Below, one piece after another: positions 42,286-50,215 of a DNA stretch of 64,000 nucleotides; position 1 is the first letter of the stretch; each line of letters begins with the position of its first letter. The stretch covers positions 2,752,001-2,816,000 of the forward strand of contig OY969695.1 of the NCBI GenBank assembly GCA_963701965.1, in the 5' to 3' direction. The notes under the pieces were generated by a model, which was not told the DNA's origin, made no database searches, and saw only the letters and a program-made list of their open reading frames with translations. The translations under genes and the position numbers were made by a program. Source of the DNA: an uncultured Gemmatimonadales bacterium. GTDB taxonomy: Bacteria; Gemmatimonadota; Gemmatimonadetes; Gemmatimonadales; Gemmatimonadaceae.

Positions 42286-43326
42286 ATGACTGAGACAATC
42301 GTGAAAGACGAGGAGCGGTGGGCGGCGCTCGACGCCCGGGACCGCCGCTACGATGGCGCGTTCGTCTACGCCGTCCGTACCACGGGGGTGTACTGCCGGC
42401 CGAGCTGTCCCTCGAAGAGGGCGCGGCCGCAGAACGTCGCGTTTTTCGGGACGGCCGCGGAGGCCGAGCAGGCGGGGTTTCGCGCGTGCCGGCGGTGCCG
42501 GCCGCACGCCGCGGATGGGGCGCCGATCGAGCGATCCGTCCGGGCGGCGCAAGCGTATCTCGATGCGCGGGTCGGCGAGCGGGTGCCGCTCCAAAAGCTG
42601 GCGCGCGCCGTGGGCTTGAGCCCGTGGCATGTGCAGCGGGCGTTCACGCGGCTCGTCGGCGTGTCGCCCAAGGCGTATCAGGACGCGCGGCGGCGCGAGG
42701 TGTTCAAGGACCGGTTGCGCGATGGCGCGACGGTGAGCCGCGCGGCTATCGAGGCGGGTCTCGGTCCGTCGGCGCGCGACGGCGCGCCGTTGGGCATGAG
42801 TGCAGGGACGTATCGCCGCGGTGGACGCGGAGAGTCGATCCGCTACACGGTCGTCCCCACATTGCTCGGCGCGTTGCTCGTCGGGACGACGGATCGCGGC
42901 GTGGCGACGGTCTTGCTCGGCAACGGTGAGCTGGAGCTCGAGGCGGCGCTCGGCGCCGAGTTTCCCGCGGCCGACATCGCGCGCGATGACGCGGCCGTCG
43001 GAGCGATCGTGCGCGACGTGGTCGACGCGATCGAGCGCGGCGACAGCGGCGCGACGCTGCCGCTCGACGTCCGCGGTACGGCGTTCCAGATGCGCGTCTG
43101 GCACGCGCTGCGCGAGATCCCGCGCGGAGCGACGCGCACGTACTCGGAGATCGCGGCGGCCATCGGCCAACCGCGCGCGGTGCGCGCCGTCGCCAGCGCC
43201 ATCGCCGCCAATCGACTCGCGGTGCTCGTCCCCTGCCACCGCGCGGTGCGCGCGGATGGCACGCCCGGCGGTTATCGCTGGGGGCCAGAACGGAAGCGCC
43301 GGTTGCTCGAGCGCGAGCGCGCATGA
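42286..43326 (+). CDS. ada: Bifunctional Ada regulator / O6-methylguanine-DNA methyltransferase
   Basis: TTGVYCRPSC and FRACRRC zinc site, AraC HTH, PCHR active site. Confidence 0.95.
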   Translation: MTETIVKDEERWAALDARDRRYDGAFVYAVRTTGVYCRPSCPSKRARPQNVAFFGTAAEAEQAGFRACRRCRPHAADGAPIERSVRAAQAYLDARVGERVPLQKLARAVGLSPWHVQRAFTRLVGVSPKAYQDARRREVFKDRLRDGATVSRAAIEAGLGPSARDGAPLGMSAGTYRRGGRGESIRYTVVPTLLGALLVGTTDRGVATVLLGNGELELEAALGAEFPAADIARDDAAVGAIVRDVVDAIERGDSGATLPLDVRGTAFQMRVWHALREIPRGATRTYSEIAAAIGQPRAVRAVASAIAANRLAVLVPCHRAVRADGTPGGYRWGPERKRRLLERERA

Positions 43327-43331
43327 TGCGA

Positions 43332-43363
43332 AAAGTCTCCGAGGAGAAATCCTCGGAGACTTT
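43332..43363. terminator. Perfect 14-bp hairpin; likely bidirectional terminator between ada and the minus-strand tRNA cassette
   Basis: AAAGTCTCCGAGGA-GAAA-TCCTCGGAGACTTT. Confidence 0.85.
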
Positions 43364-43384
43364 CACTACGTGGTGGAAATTAAC

Positions 43385-43415
43385 CACGCCGGCTTGACAA
43401 GTGCCACGAATGTAT
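43385..43415 (-). repeat. Anti-anticodon box of cassette 1
   Basis: 43389-43402 is the exact reverse complement of 43505-43518 (anticodon arm); context CATAcATTCgtGGCAC-N12-CGTGG. Confidence 0.85.
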
Positions 43416-43461
43416 GCAATCGCACCGGCGCGGTCAACCGGTAGTTTGGCGCTAACTAGCG

Positions 43462-43545
43462 TGCCCGGAGCGGGACTCGAACCCGCACGACCTCGCGGTC
43501 GCCGACTTGTCAAGCCGGTGTGTCTACCAATTCCACCATCCGGGC
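43462..43545 (-). tRNA. Type II tRNA with tRNA-Leu body and GAC (Val) anticodon
   Basis: GCCCGGA TG GTGG AATTGGTAG ACAC A CCGGC TT-GAC-AA GTCGG CGACC-GCGA-GGTCG T GCGGG TTCGAGT CCCGC TCCGGGC A. Confidence 0.9.
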
Positions 43546-43654
43546 ACTCTTCGCGATGGACGGAATTGGATGTTGCGACACGAGCTTCGACTGTCGTTCG
43601 CCACTAGCTAGCGGTGGCGAATCTCGCGCTACGTGAGGCGCGCGTCGTCATCGT
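43546..43654 (-). ncRNA. Conserved structured leader of tRNA cassette 1
   Basis: Blocks shared with 52484-52588: ACGATGACG, ATTCG, CGCTAGYTAGTGGCG, CGTGTCGCARCATCCARTT and AGAGT. Confidence 0.65.
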
Positions 43655-43714
43655 TACACTTCGTACATCATCGGGAACGCGGAACTCGACGCCCTGACGC
43701 GGGATAAGAGCCGC

Positions 43715-44557
43715 ATGCCAACACAACTCTTCAGTGGTCTCGTGTTCGGCGAGTCGCCGCGATGGCGTGACGGACGCCTCTGGGTCTCGGACTGGGGCGC
43801 GCGCGAAATCGTGGCGATCAATGGAGCGGGCAAGAGCGAGGTCATCGTTGCCGCGCCGTCCTTTCCGTCGTGCATCGAGTTTCTGCCGGACGGACGGCTC
43901 CTCATGGTGTCCGCGCTCGCCGGGCTGCTGTTGCGCCGCGAACCGAATGGCACGGTGGTGACGCACGCGGATTTGAACGCCGCCAGCAAGCCCGCGTGGA
44001 ACGACATCGTCGTCGATGGGCGCGGCAACATCTTCGTGAACAGCGTCGGCTTCGATCTCTCCAAAGGCGAGCCGTTCGCTCCGGGCTCCGCCGCCGTCGT
44101 CACGCCCGACGGCGCGGCGCGCCGCGTGGCCGCGGGATTCGCGTTCCCCAACGGCATGGCCGTGACGCGCGACAACGCGACGTTGATCGTCGCCGAGTCC
44201 TACGGCAAAAAACTCACGGCGCTAGACATCGCCGCCGATGGCAGCCTGTCGAACCAGCGCGTGTGGGCCGACCTCGGCGACGGCGTCCCGGATGGCATCT
44301 GCATCAATGCCGAGAACGCCGTGTGGTACGCCGACGTCCCCAACAAGCGTTGCGTGCGCGTGCGCGAGGGCGGCGAAGTCCTGGACACGGTCACGCTCGA
44401 CCAGGGGTGCTTTGCCTGCATGCTCGGCGGCTCGGACGGGAAGACGCTATTCATCGTGGCGCGCGAATGGCGGGGCGTCAAGACGATGGCCGACCAGCGC
44501 CGCGTCGGTCAAGTGCTCACAGTGACCGCGCCCGCGGCGCACGCCGGCTGGCCCTAG
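43715..44557 (+). CDS. SMP-30/gluconolactonase family protein
   Basis: FGESPRW, NDIVVD, FPNGMAV and PDGIC. Confidence 0.9.
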   Translation: MPTQLFSGLVFGESPRWRDGRLWVSDWGAREIVAINGAGKSEVIVAAPSFPSCIEFLPDGRLLMVSALAGLLLRREPNGTVVTHADLNAASKPAWNDIVVDGRGNIFVNSVGFDLSKGEPFAPGSAAVVTPDGAARRVAAGFAFPNGMAVTRDNATLIVAESYGKKLTALDIAADGSLSNQRVWADLGDGVPDGICINAENAVWYADVPNKRCVRVREGGEVLDTVTLDQGCFACMLGGSDGKTLFIVAREWRGVKTMADQRRVGQVLTVTAPAAHAGWP

Positions 44558-45489
44558 TGTTCGCCAGGGAGCGGCGTGCCGACGAGGATGGCGGTGGCGA
44601 CGAGGACGAGCGCGCCGATCAGTAGCTCGACGCGGGCGGAGTGGCGGAGGGCGGCTTCGTCACCGGCCACGAGGCGCGGGGTGCCGAGGCGCCAGTTATA
44701 CGCGCCGCAGGCCGCGACGCCGGCGACGAACGCGAGCTTGATCAGGAGCACCGTCCCGTAGCGGGACGAGAACACGGCCCCGATGGAGCCCAGGTGGATC
44801 CAGGCCGCGTAGAGCCCCGTGAGTGACAGCGTCGTCGCCGAGAGGAGCGCGATCGGCGAGAAGGCGCGCACCAGCGCGGCGAGATCGGTGGCGGGCGCCG
44901 CCGAAGCGCGGAGCGGGACGATCGCCGTGAGTGCGAGGACGAAGAGCGTGCCGAGCCACGCCCCGGCGCCGAGGACGTGCAGCATGTCCGCCACAATCGT
45001 GAGCGGCACCGACGGCGAGTCTCCGGTCGCGTGTCCCGAGAGCGCCGGCGTCAGCGCCAGCGCGATCGTCGATGCCGCCGCCACGAGCCAGGCCGGCCGC
45101 GCGCCGAGGCGCGCCCGCGAGAACGCGAAGTAGGCCACGACAATGAGCACGACCGACAGCGTCCACACGCGGCCCCATTGCGTCCGCAGAACCATCGCGC
45201 CGAACAGATCCCGCGCTTCGTCCGCCGACTGGCCGGGATCAGAGAGCGCAGTGTACTGCGCCCAGAGCCGGACTCCCGCGCCGAGCGCCAGCAGCGTCGC
45301 TGCCCAGGCGCCGAGCATGGCCGAGCGCGCCGCGAGCCGCTCGCAATGCGCGATCTCGAGCGCCGGCGCCCGCGCCAAGATGGCGTAGCGGAGCGTGATC
45401 ACTCCGATCGCGATCGTGAGGCCCAAGAACGTGAGCCACCGCCCCCCCGCCGCCGCGAGGGCCGCCGCGCCGAGCGGGTTCATGTCCAA
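44554..45489 (-). CDS. copD: Copper resistance membrane protein CopD
   Basis: LSGHA, HVLGAGAWLG and YG..LLIKL; follows copC. Confidence 0.88.
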   Translation of the reverse strand: MDMNPLGAAALAAAGGRWLTFLGLTIAIGVITLRYAILARAPALEIAHCERLAARSAMLGAWAATLLALGAGVRLWAQYTALSDPGQSADEARDLFGAMVLRTQWGRVWTLSVVLIVVAYFAFSRARLGARPAWLVAAASTIALALTPALSGHATGDSPSVPLTIVADMLHVLGAGAWLGTLFVLALTAIVPLRASAAPATDLAALVRAFSPIALLSATTLSLTGLYAAWIHLGSIGAVFSSRYGTVLLIKLAFVAGVAACGAYNWRLGTPRLVAGDEAALRHSARVELLIGALVLVATAILVGTPLPGEH

Positions 45490-45504
45490 GCGGCGGCGAC
45501 GCGA

Positions 45505-45900
45505 TCAGTGCGCGGCTGGCGTGACGACGAACGCGAAATGCCCCGACGACGGATGTCCGTCGGTCGCCGTCGTGCGCCAGGCGACATCGTAGGTTCCCGC
45601 CGCGACCTTGCCGCGGACCGAGGCCACGACGGGCGCCGTCTTGCCCGTGTCTGCCGCCAGCGGCGCCAACGCCACGGCCGCGCCCGCGGCCGTCGTGAGC
45701 TTGACGGATGTCACCGCCAGCTCGGGCCGTTCCGAGAACCAGAACTTGAGCGCCGCCGGCGCCGCGGCCACGGTGTCGTTCGCGCTCGGCTCGGAGCGGA
45801 CGAGGTGCAAGTGAGCCGCCGATCGGGCCGCCGGGATCACACCCAGGGCGATGACGGCGCAGGCGGCGGGAATGCGGAAAAGGGAAGCAGTGAGCGTCAT
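45505..45900 (-). CDS. copC: Periplasmic copper-binding protein CopC
   Basis: Signal peptide then H.HL..SEP; W.....DGH...G...F. Confidence 0.9.
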   Translation of the reverse strand: MTLTASLFRIPAACAVIALGVIPAARSAAHLHLVRSEPSANDTVAAAPAALKFWFSERPELAVTSVKLTTAAGAAVALAPLAADTGKTAPVVASVRGKVAAGTYDVAWRTTATDGHPSSGHFAFVVTPAAH

Positions 45901-45996
45901 ACGTGAAGACTAATAGCCTACGAGCCGGAGCATACCCGCCCGGGCAATGGTGACCCCATCGTCATAGATTGGAAATCTCTTTCACCGGAGCACCCT

Positions 45997-46659
45997 ATGC
46001 AGCGCCTCCTATTCGTTGCCCTGGTGACGGTCGTCCCTGTCGCCCGGGCCCAAGGTACCTTCGAGGGCATCGTGACATACGAAAACACGTCGCCAGCTGG
46101 AGCGAAGTCTTCGTTTGACTATATCGCGAAAGGCAGCAAGGTGCGGATACAAACTCATGATAGCACCAGCGGCATGGGCGGCATGATCATGGACCAAGCC
46201 AACAATACCATGACCGTGATCATCCCCCGGCAGAAGATGTACGCCACGTCGACCATGTCGCAGACGGATCTGTCGCACCACATGGATTCCACGATGCGGA
46301 ACTCCAAGGTCGTGAAAGTCGGGTCGGAAGTCATCGCCGGCATTCCCTGCGATGACTATGCATCGACCAACGCCGCGGGGGAAAAAGAAGGCACCGCCTG
46401 CGTGGCCCACGGCATGGGGAACTGGATGATGTTCGGGATGAACCGGGGCGCGATGGCCCAGATGTCCCAGGCGCCCGGATGGTCGCAGCTCATGTCGGGC
46501 GGATTCTTCCCGCTCAAGTTCGCGGGCAAGGACGGCGAGACAATGGTCGCCACCAAAGTCCAGAAGACCACGGTCGACGCGTCGCTCTTGTCTCCGCCAG
46601 CGGACTACAAGCAGTTCCAGATGCCGGCGGGGATGCCCATGCCCGGGGCGAAGCCCTAG
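45997..46659 (+). CDS. Secreted Met-rich protein (DUF4412-like)
   Basis: Signal peptide; FEGIVTY, GSEVIAGIPC and PPADY. Confidence 0.65.
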   Translation: MQRLLFVALVTVVPVARAQGTFEGIVTYENTSPAGAKSSFDYIAKGSKVRIQTHDSTSGMGGMIMDQANNTMTVIIPRQKMYATSTMSQTDLSHHMDSTMRNSKVVKVGSEVIAGIPCDDYASTNAAGEKEGTACVAHGMGNWMMFGMNRGAMAQMSQAPGWSQLMSGGFFPLKFAGKDGETMVATKVQKTTVDASLLSPPADYKQFQMPAGMPMPGAKP

Positions 46660-46707
46660 GGGCGGCCCATACGTTGCAATCGTCGTATTGAGCCGGGGGA
46701 TGTCTCA

Positions 46708-47004
46708 ATGCGACGATTGCCTAACGGGTTGATGGTCTTGGGCTTACTCGGGATCACAGCGAGCTCGGCCATTGCACAGCAGGACACCGTCCGGCGCGAC
46801 AGCACCCCGCCCCATCACCGGATAGTGCATCACCAGCCTCCGGTCGCGCACAGCCCGAAGACGCCGGCGGATACCAGCCTCGAACCGCACGCCGCGCCGT
46901 CCCGCCGGGACTCCTCGATCGTCCGCCACGAGATGCGCCACGATACGGCGTCGGTCGGTTCCGATACCGCGGTGCACAAGAAGCCACCGCCGCCTCCGCC
47001 GTAG
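46708..47004 (+). CDS. Small secreted His/Pro-rich hypothetical protein
   Basis: Signal peptide ending AIA/QQ; low-complexity mature part. Confidence 0.55.
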   Translation: MRRLPNGLMVLGLLGITASSAIAQQDTVRRDSTPPHHRIVHHQPPVAHSPKTPADTSLEPHAAPSRRDSSIVRHEMRHDTASVGSDTAVHKKPPPPPP

Positions 47005-47053
47005 TTGCCCGTGTGCGACGCCGAGGACAGGTTGTGCATGTGCCGAGTGGCCG

Positions 47054-47974
47054 ATGCTGATCAAGCACCTCGAGTATCTCGTGGCTCTGGCGAGCGAGAA
47101 GCATTTCGCGCGCGCGGCCGCGGTCTGCCACGTCACCCAACCGACGCTTTCAGCGGGCATCAAACAGCTCGAGGACACCCTCGGCGTCCTGGTCGTGGAG
47201 CGCGGCCAACGGTTTCGCGGTCTGACGCCAGAGGGCGAGCGCGTGCTGGCCTGGGCGCAGCGCATCCTCTCCGACGTCGACGGGTTGCGGCAGGATGTCA
47301 GCGAGACCCACGGCGGGTTGATCGGACGGTTGCGCGTCGGCGCCATTCCCGCGGCGCTCCCGATGGTGGCGTTGGTGACCGCCCCATTCGTGGAGCGATA
47401 TCCGGCCGCGACGGCCACGGTGTGGTCGCTCCCATCGATCGGCATCCAGCGCGGCCTCGATGATTTCACGCTCGACGCCGGACTCTCCTATCTCGACAAC
47501 GAGCCGCTGGCGCGCGTGCGCACGGTCCCGCTCTACCGTGAGCGCTACGTGCTGATCACGCCGGAGAGCGGTCCCCTCGGCGGGCGTCCGAGCGCCAGTT
47601 GGCGCGAAGCCGCCGAGCTGCCGCTCTGCTTACTGACGCCGGACATGCAGAACCGGCGCATCGTCGATGGGCACTTCCGGTCGGTCGGCGCCGTCGCGCG
47701 CCCGCGTGTGGAAGCGAACTCGCTCATGGCCTTGGGCTCCCATCTCCGCTTCGGCAGCTATTCCAGCGTGCTGCCGCGAACGGTCCTGGCCGTGATGGGA
47801 CAGCTCCCGGGGATGCGCGCTGTCCCGCTCGTCGAACCCGAGGTCTCGCACGAAGTCGGGCTCATCACCGCCGACCGCGATCCCGCGACGCCGGTGTCCG
47901 CCGCGGTGATGCGAATCGCCGAGTCGCTGCACATTGCAGGCGTCCTCGACCACCTGAGCTGGCCGGGCGCGTGA
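47054..47974 (+). CDS. LysR-family regulator
   Basis: HFARAA..CHVTQPTLSAGIKQLE; upstream of fdhD. Confidence 0.9.
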   Translation: MLIKHLEYLVALASEKHFARAAAVCHVTQPTLSAGIKQLEDTLGVLVVERGQRFRGLTPEGERVLAWAQRILSDVDGLRQDVSETHGGLIGRLRVGAIPAALPMVALVTAPFVERYPAATATVWSLPSIGIQRGLDDFTLDAGLSYLDNEPLARVRTVPLYRERYVLITPESGPLGGRPSASWREAAELPLCLLTPDMQNRRIVDGHFRSVGAVARPRVEANSLMALGSHLRFGSYSSVLPRTVLAVMGQLPGMRAVPLVEPEVSHEVGLITADRDPATPVSAAVMRIAESLHIAGVLDHLSWPGA

Positions 47975-48813
47975 TCGATTCGTCGGACCCGTTGTTCGGC
48001 CTCGGTTACGCGAAACCCTCCCGATCGCGCGAGTTCCTGCGACTCGAGGGCGACGAGGCGCGGGAGGATGCGGCGCAGGTGGCCGAGGAAGTCCCCGTCG
48101 CTATCGCCTACAACAATCGGCCCCACGTCGTGATGATGGCCACGCCGGCCGACTACGACGATTTCGCGTACGGGTTTTCGATCACCGAGGAAATCGTCGC
48201 ATCGGCCGCCGGGATCGAGTCCTGCACGGTCATCCCCTACAGTCAGGGCGTCGAGATCCAGCTCGTCATTCCCCAGGCCGCGGCCGAGGCGCTGGCCGAT
48301 CGCGGGCGACAGCTCGTCGGGCGGACGGGATGTGGATTGTGCGGCGTGCAGACCGTCGACGATGCGCTGCGTCCTCCGCGCGTCGTCGCGCCGCCGCGGA
48401 CGCCGATCCGCCCGGACGCCCTGTGGCGTGCCGAGGCCGCGCTCGCCGCGCGGCAGACGCTCAATCAGGCGACCGCGGCGGTCCACGCCGCGGCGTGGGC
48501 GGAGCCCGACGGCACGCTCGCCGTCCTCCGGGAAGACGTCGGGCGGCACAATGCGCTCGACAAGGTGATCGGCGCGTTGATCCGGACGGGCGTCGATCCC
48601 GCGACCGGGTTCGTGGTGATGACCAGCCGGGCATCATACGAACTGATACAGAAAGTGACCGTGGTCGGCATCCCGTTGCTGGCCGCCGTGTCGCGACCTT
48701 CCGGACTTGCCATCCGGCTCGCCGAGGCTTCGGGCATCGCGCTGGTCGGTCTCCTGCGCGGGCACAGCGCCAACGTCTACTCACACCGGGAGCATCTATC
48801 TCACGCCTCATGA
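47971..48813 (+). CDS. fdhD: Formate dehydrogenase accessory sulfurtransferase
   Basis: AEEVPVA, TGCGLCG, EDVGRHNALDKVIG and SRASYE. Confidence 0.93.
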   Translation: MIDSSDPLFGLGYAKPSRSREFLRLEGDEAREDAAQVAEEVPVAIAYNNRPHVVMMATPADYDDFAYGFSITEEIVASAAGIESCTVIPYSQGVEIQLVIPQAAAEALADRGRQLVGRTGCGLCGVQTVDDALRPPRVVAPPRTPIRPDALWRAEAALAARQTLNQATAAVHAAAWAEPDGTLAVLREDVGRHNALDKVIGALIRTGVDPATGFVVMTSRASYELIQKVTVVGIPLLAAVSRPSGLAIRLAEASGIALVGLLRGHSANVYSHREHLSHAS

Positions 48814-49613
48814 TCGTGCCGGCCCTGGCGTTCCTTGCCGCGCCGCTCGCCGCCCAAGACTATGCCGCGCGGATGGCCCATCTGCACGCCGATGACCGGC
48901 CCATCGCCAACGCGTCGGCCATTGCGCCGCGTGCCGACGTGGATACCCAGCAAGTCAGCTACGGCACGGGGATCAATGGGTATCTCGCCAAGCCGAAGAG
49001 CGGCAATCCGAAAGCCGCGGTCATCATGATCCACGAATGGTGGGGGCTCAACGACAACATCCGGATGATGGCGCGTCGGTTGGCCGGCGAGGGCTACACC
49101 GTGCTGGCCGTCGATCTCTACGGGGGTCGCTTCGCGACCACCCCCGACTCGGCGACGGTGCTCACACGGAGCGTCATGCAGAACAAAGATGCCGCGCTGG
49201 CGAATCTCCACGACGCCGTGGCGTATGTGCGCGCGCACGGCGCGCGCAAAGTCGGCGTCATGGGCTGGTGCTTCGGCGGCGGGTGGAGCATACAGACCGC
49301 GCTGGCCGAGGGCGACGCGGTCAATGCCGATATCGCGTACTACGGCTCTCCGGAGCTGGATCGCGCGAAGCTGGCGCAGCTGAAAGCGCCGTTCTTGGGC
49401 CTGTACGGCGGCGCCAATGACGGCATCCCGGTTGCCAAGGTCCACGAGATGGAGACGGCGCTCGATTCGCTGCACAAGACGGTGGCGGTCAAGGTGTACG
49501 ATGGCGCCAAGCACGCGTTCGCGAATCCCTCGGGGACCCACTACGATCAGGCGGCAGCGGACGACGCATGGCAGCGCACGACAACGTTCTTCGCGAAGTA
49601 CCTCAAGGCGTAA
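48810..49613 (+). CDS. Secreted dienelactone hydrolase family protein
   Basis: IHEWWGLN, GWCFGG and HAFAN. Confidence 0.9.
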   Translation: MIVPALAFLAAPLAAQDYAARMAHLHADDRPIANASAIAPRADVDTQQVSYGTGINGYLAKPKSGNPKAAVIMIHEWWGLNDNIRMMARRLAGEGYTVLAVDLYGGRFATTPDSATVLTRSVMQNKDAALANLHDAVAYVRAHGARKVGVMGWCFGGGWSIQTALAEGDAVNADIAYYGSPELDRAKLAQLKAPFLGLYGGANDGIPVAKVHEMETALDSLHKTVAVKVYDGAKHAFANPSGTHYDQAAADDAWQRTTTFFAKYLKA

Positions 49614-50215
49614 TGGAGCCACGGTGGCCCGCCACCGTGGCGTTACTGACGATCGGGGCGCTCAATCTCGTGCTGCCCCGATCGTTGACGCTCGGTCCCG
49701 AGTGGCTGCTCCTCGTGATCGTGTGCGTGATGTTGGTGCCGATCATCCTGACGCACCGTCGCGGGCGCTATCAGCTCAACCACGCGTTCGCCATGACGTT
49801 GGCGGTCGCGATCACGATCGAGCTCATGGCGGCGGTCGCCCTGCTGCTGGCGGCGCTGCCGGCGCATACGGAAACTCCCGCCAAACTGCTCCAGTCGGCG
49901 GCGGTGCTGTGGTTCACGAACGTGCTCGTGTTCGCCTATTGGTACTGGCGCCTCGATGCCGGCGGGCCGAACCAGCGGGCCAAGAATGGGCAGAAGAACG
50001 GCTCGTTCTATTTTCCGCAGCTCGTGCGCGGCGATACCGGGTGGCGGCCGGGGTTCATCGACTATCTCTTTCTCGCGTTCACGACCAGCACCGCATTCTC
50101 TCCCACTGACACACCGGTACTCTCTCCATGGGCGAAAGCGCTCACGATGCTCCAGGCCGCCATCGCATTCTCCACGGTGACCGTTCTCCTCGCCCGTGCT
50201 ATCAACTTGCTCTAG
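49613..50215 (+). CDS. DUF1345-like membrane protein
   Basis: W.TNV..FA.WYW.LD.GG and DYLFLAFTTSTAFSPTDT. Confidence 0.75.
   Translation: MEPRWPATVALLTIGALNLVLPRSLTLGPEWLLLVIVCVMLVPIILTHRRGRYQLNHAFAMTLAVAITIELMAAVALLLAALPAHTETPAKLLQSAAVLWFTNVLVFAYWYWRLDAGGPNQRAKNGQKNGSFYFPQLVRGDTGWRPGFIDYLFLAFTTSTAFSPTDTPVLSPWAKALTMLQAAIAFSTVTVLLARAINLL

Noticed and set aside
43394..43420. Perfect TTGACA as the -35 of an antisense promoter
   Set aside because: No -10 at 16-18 nt spacing; the hexamer is simply the anticodon-loop copy and is not kept in cassette 2
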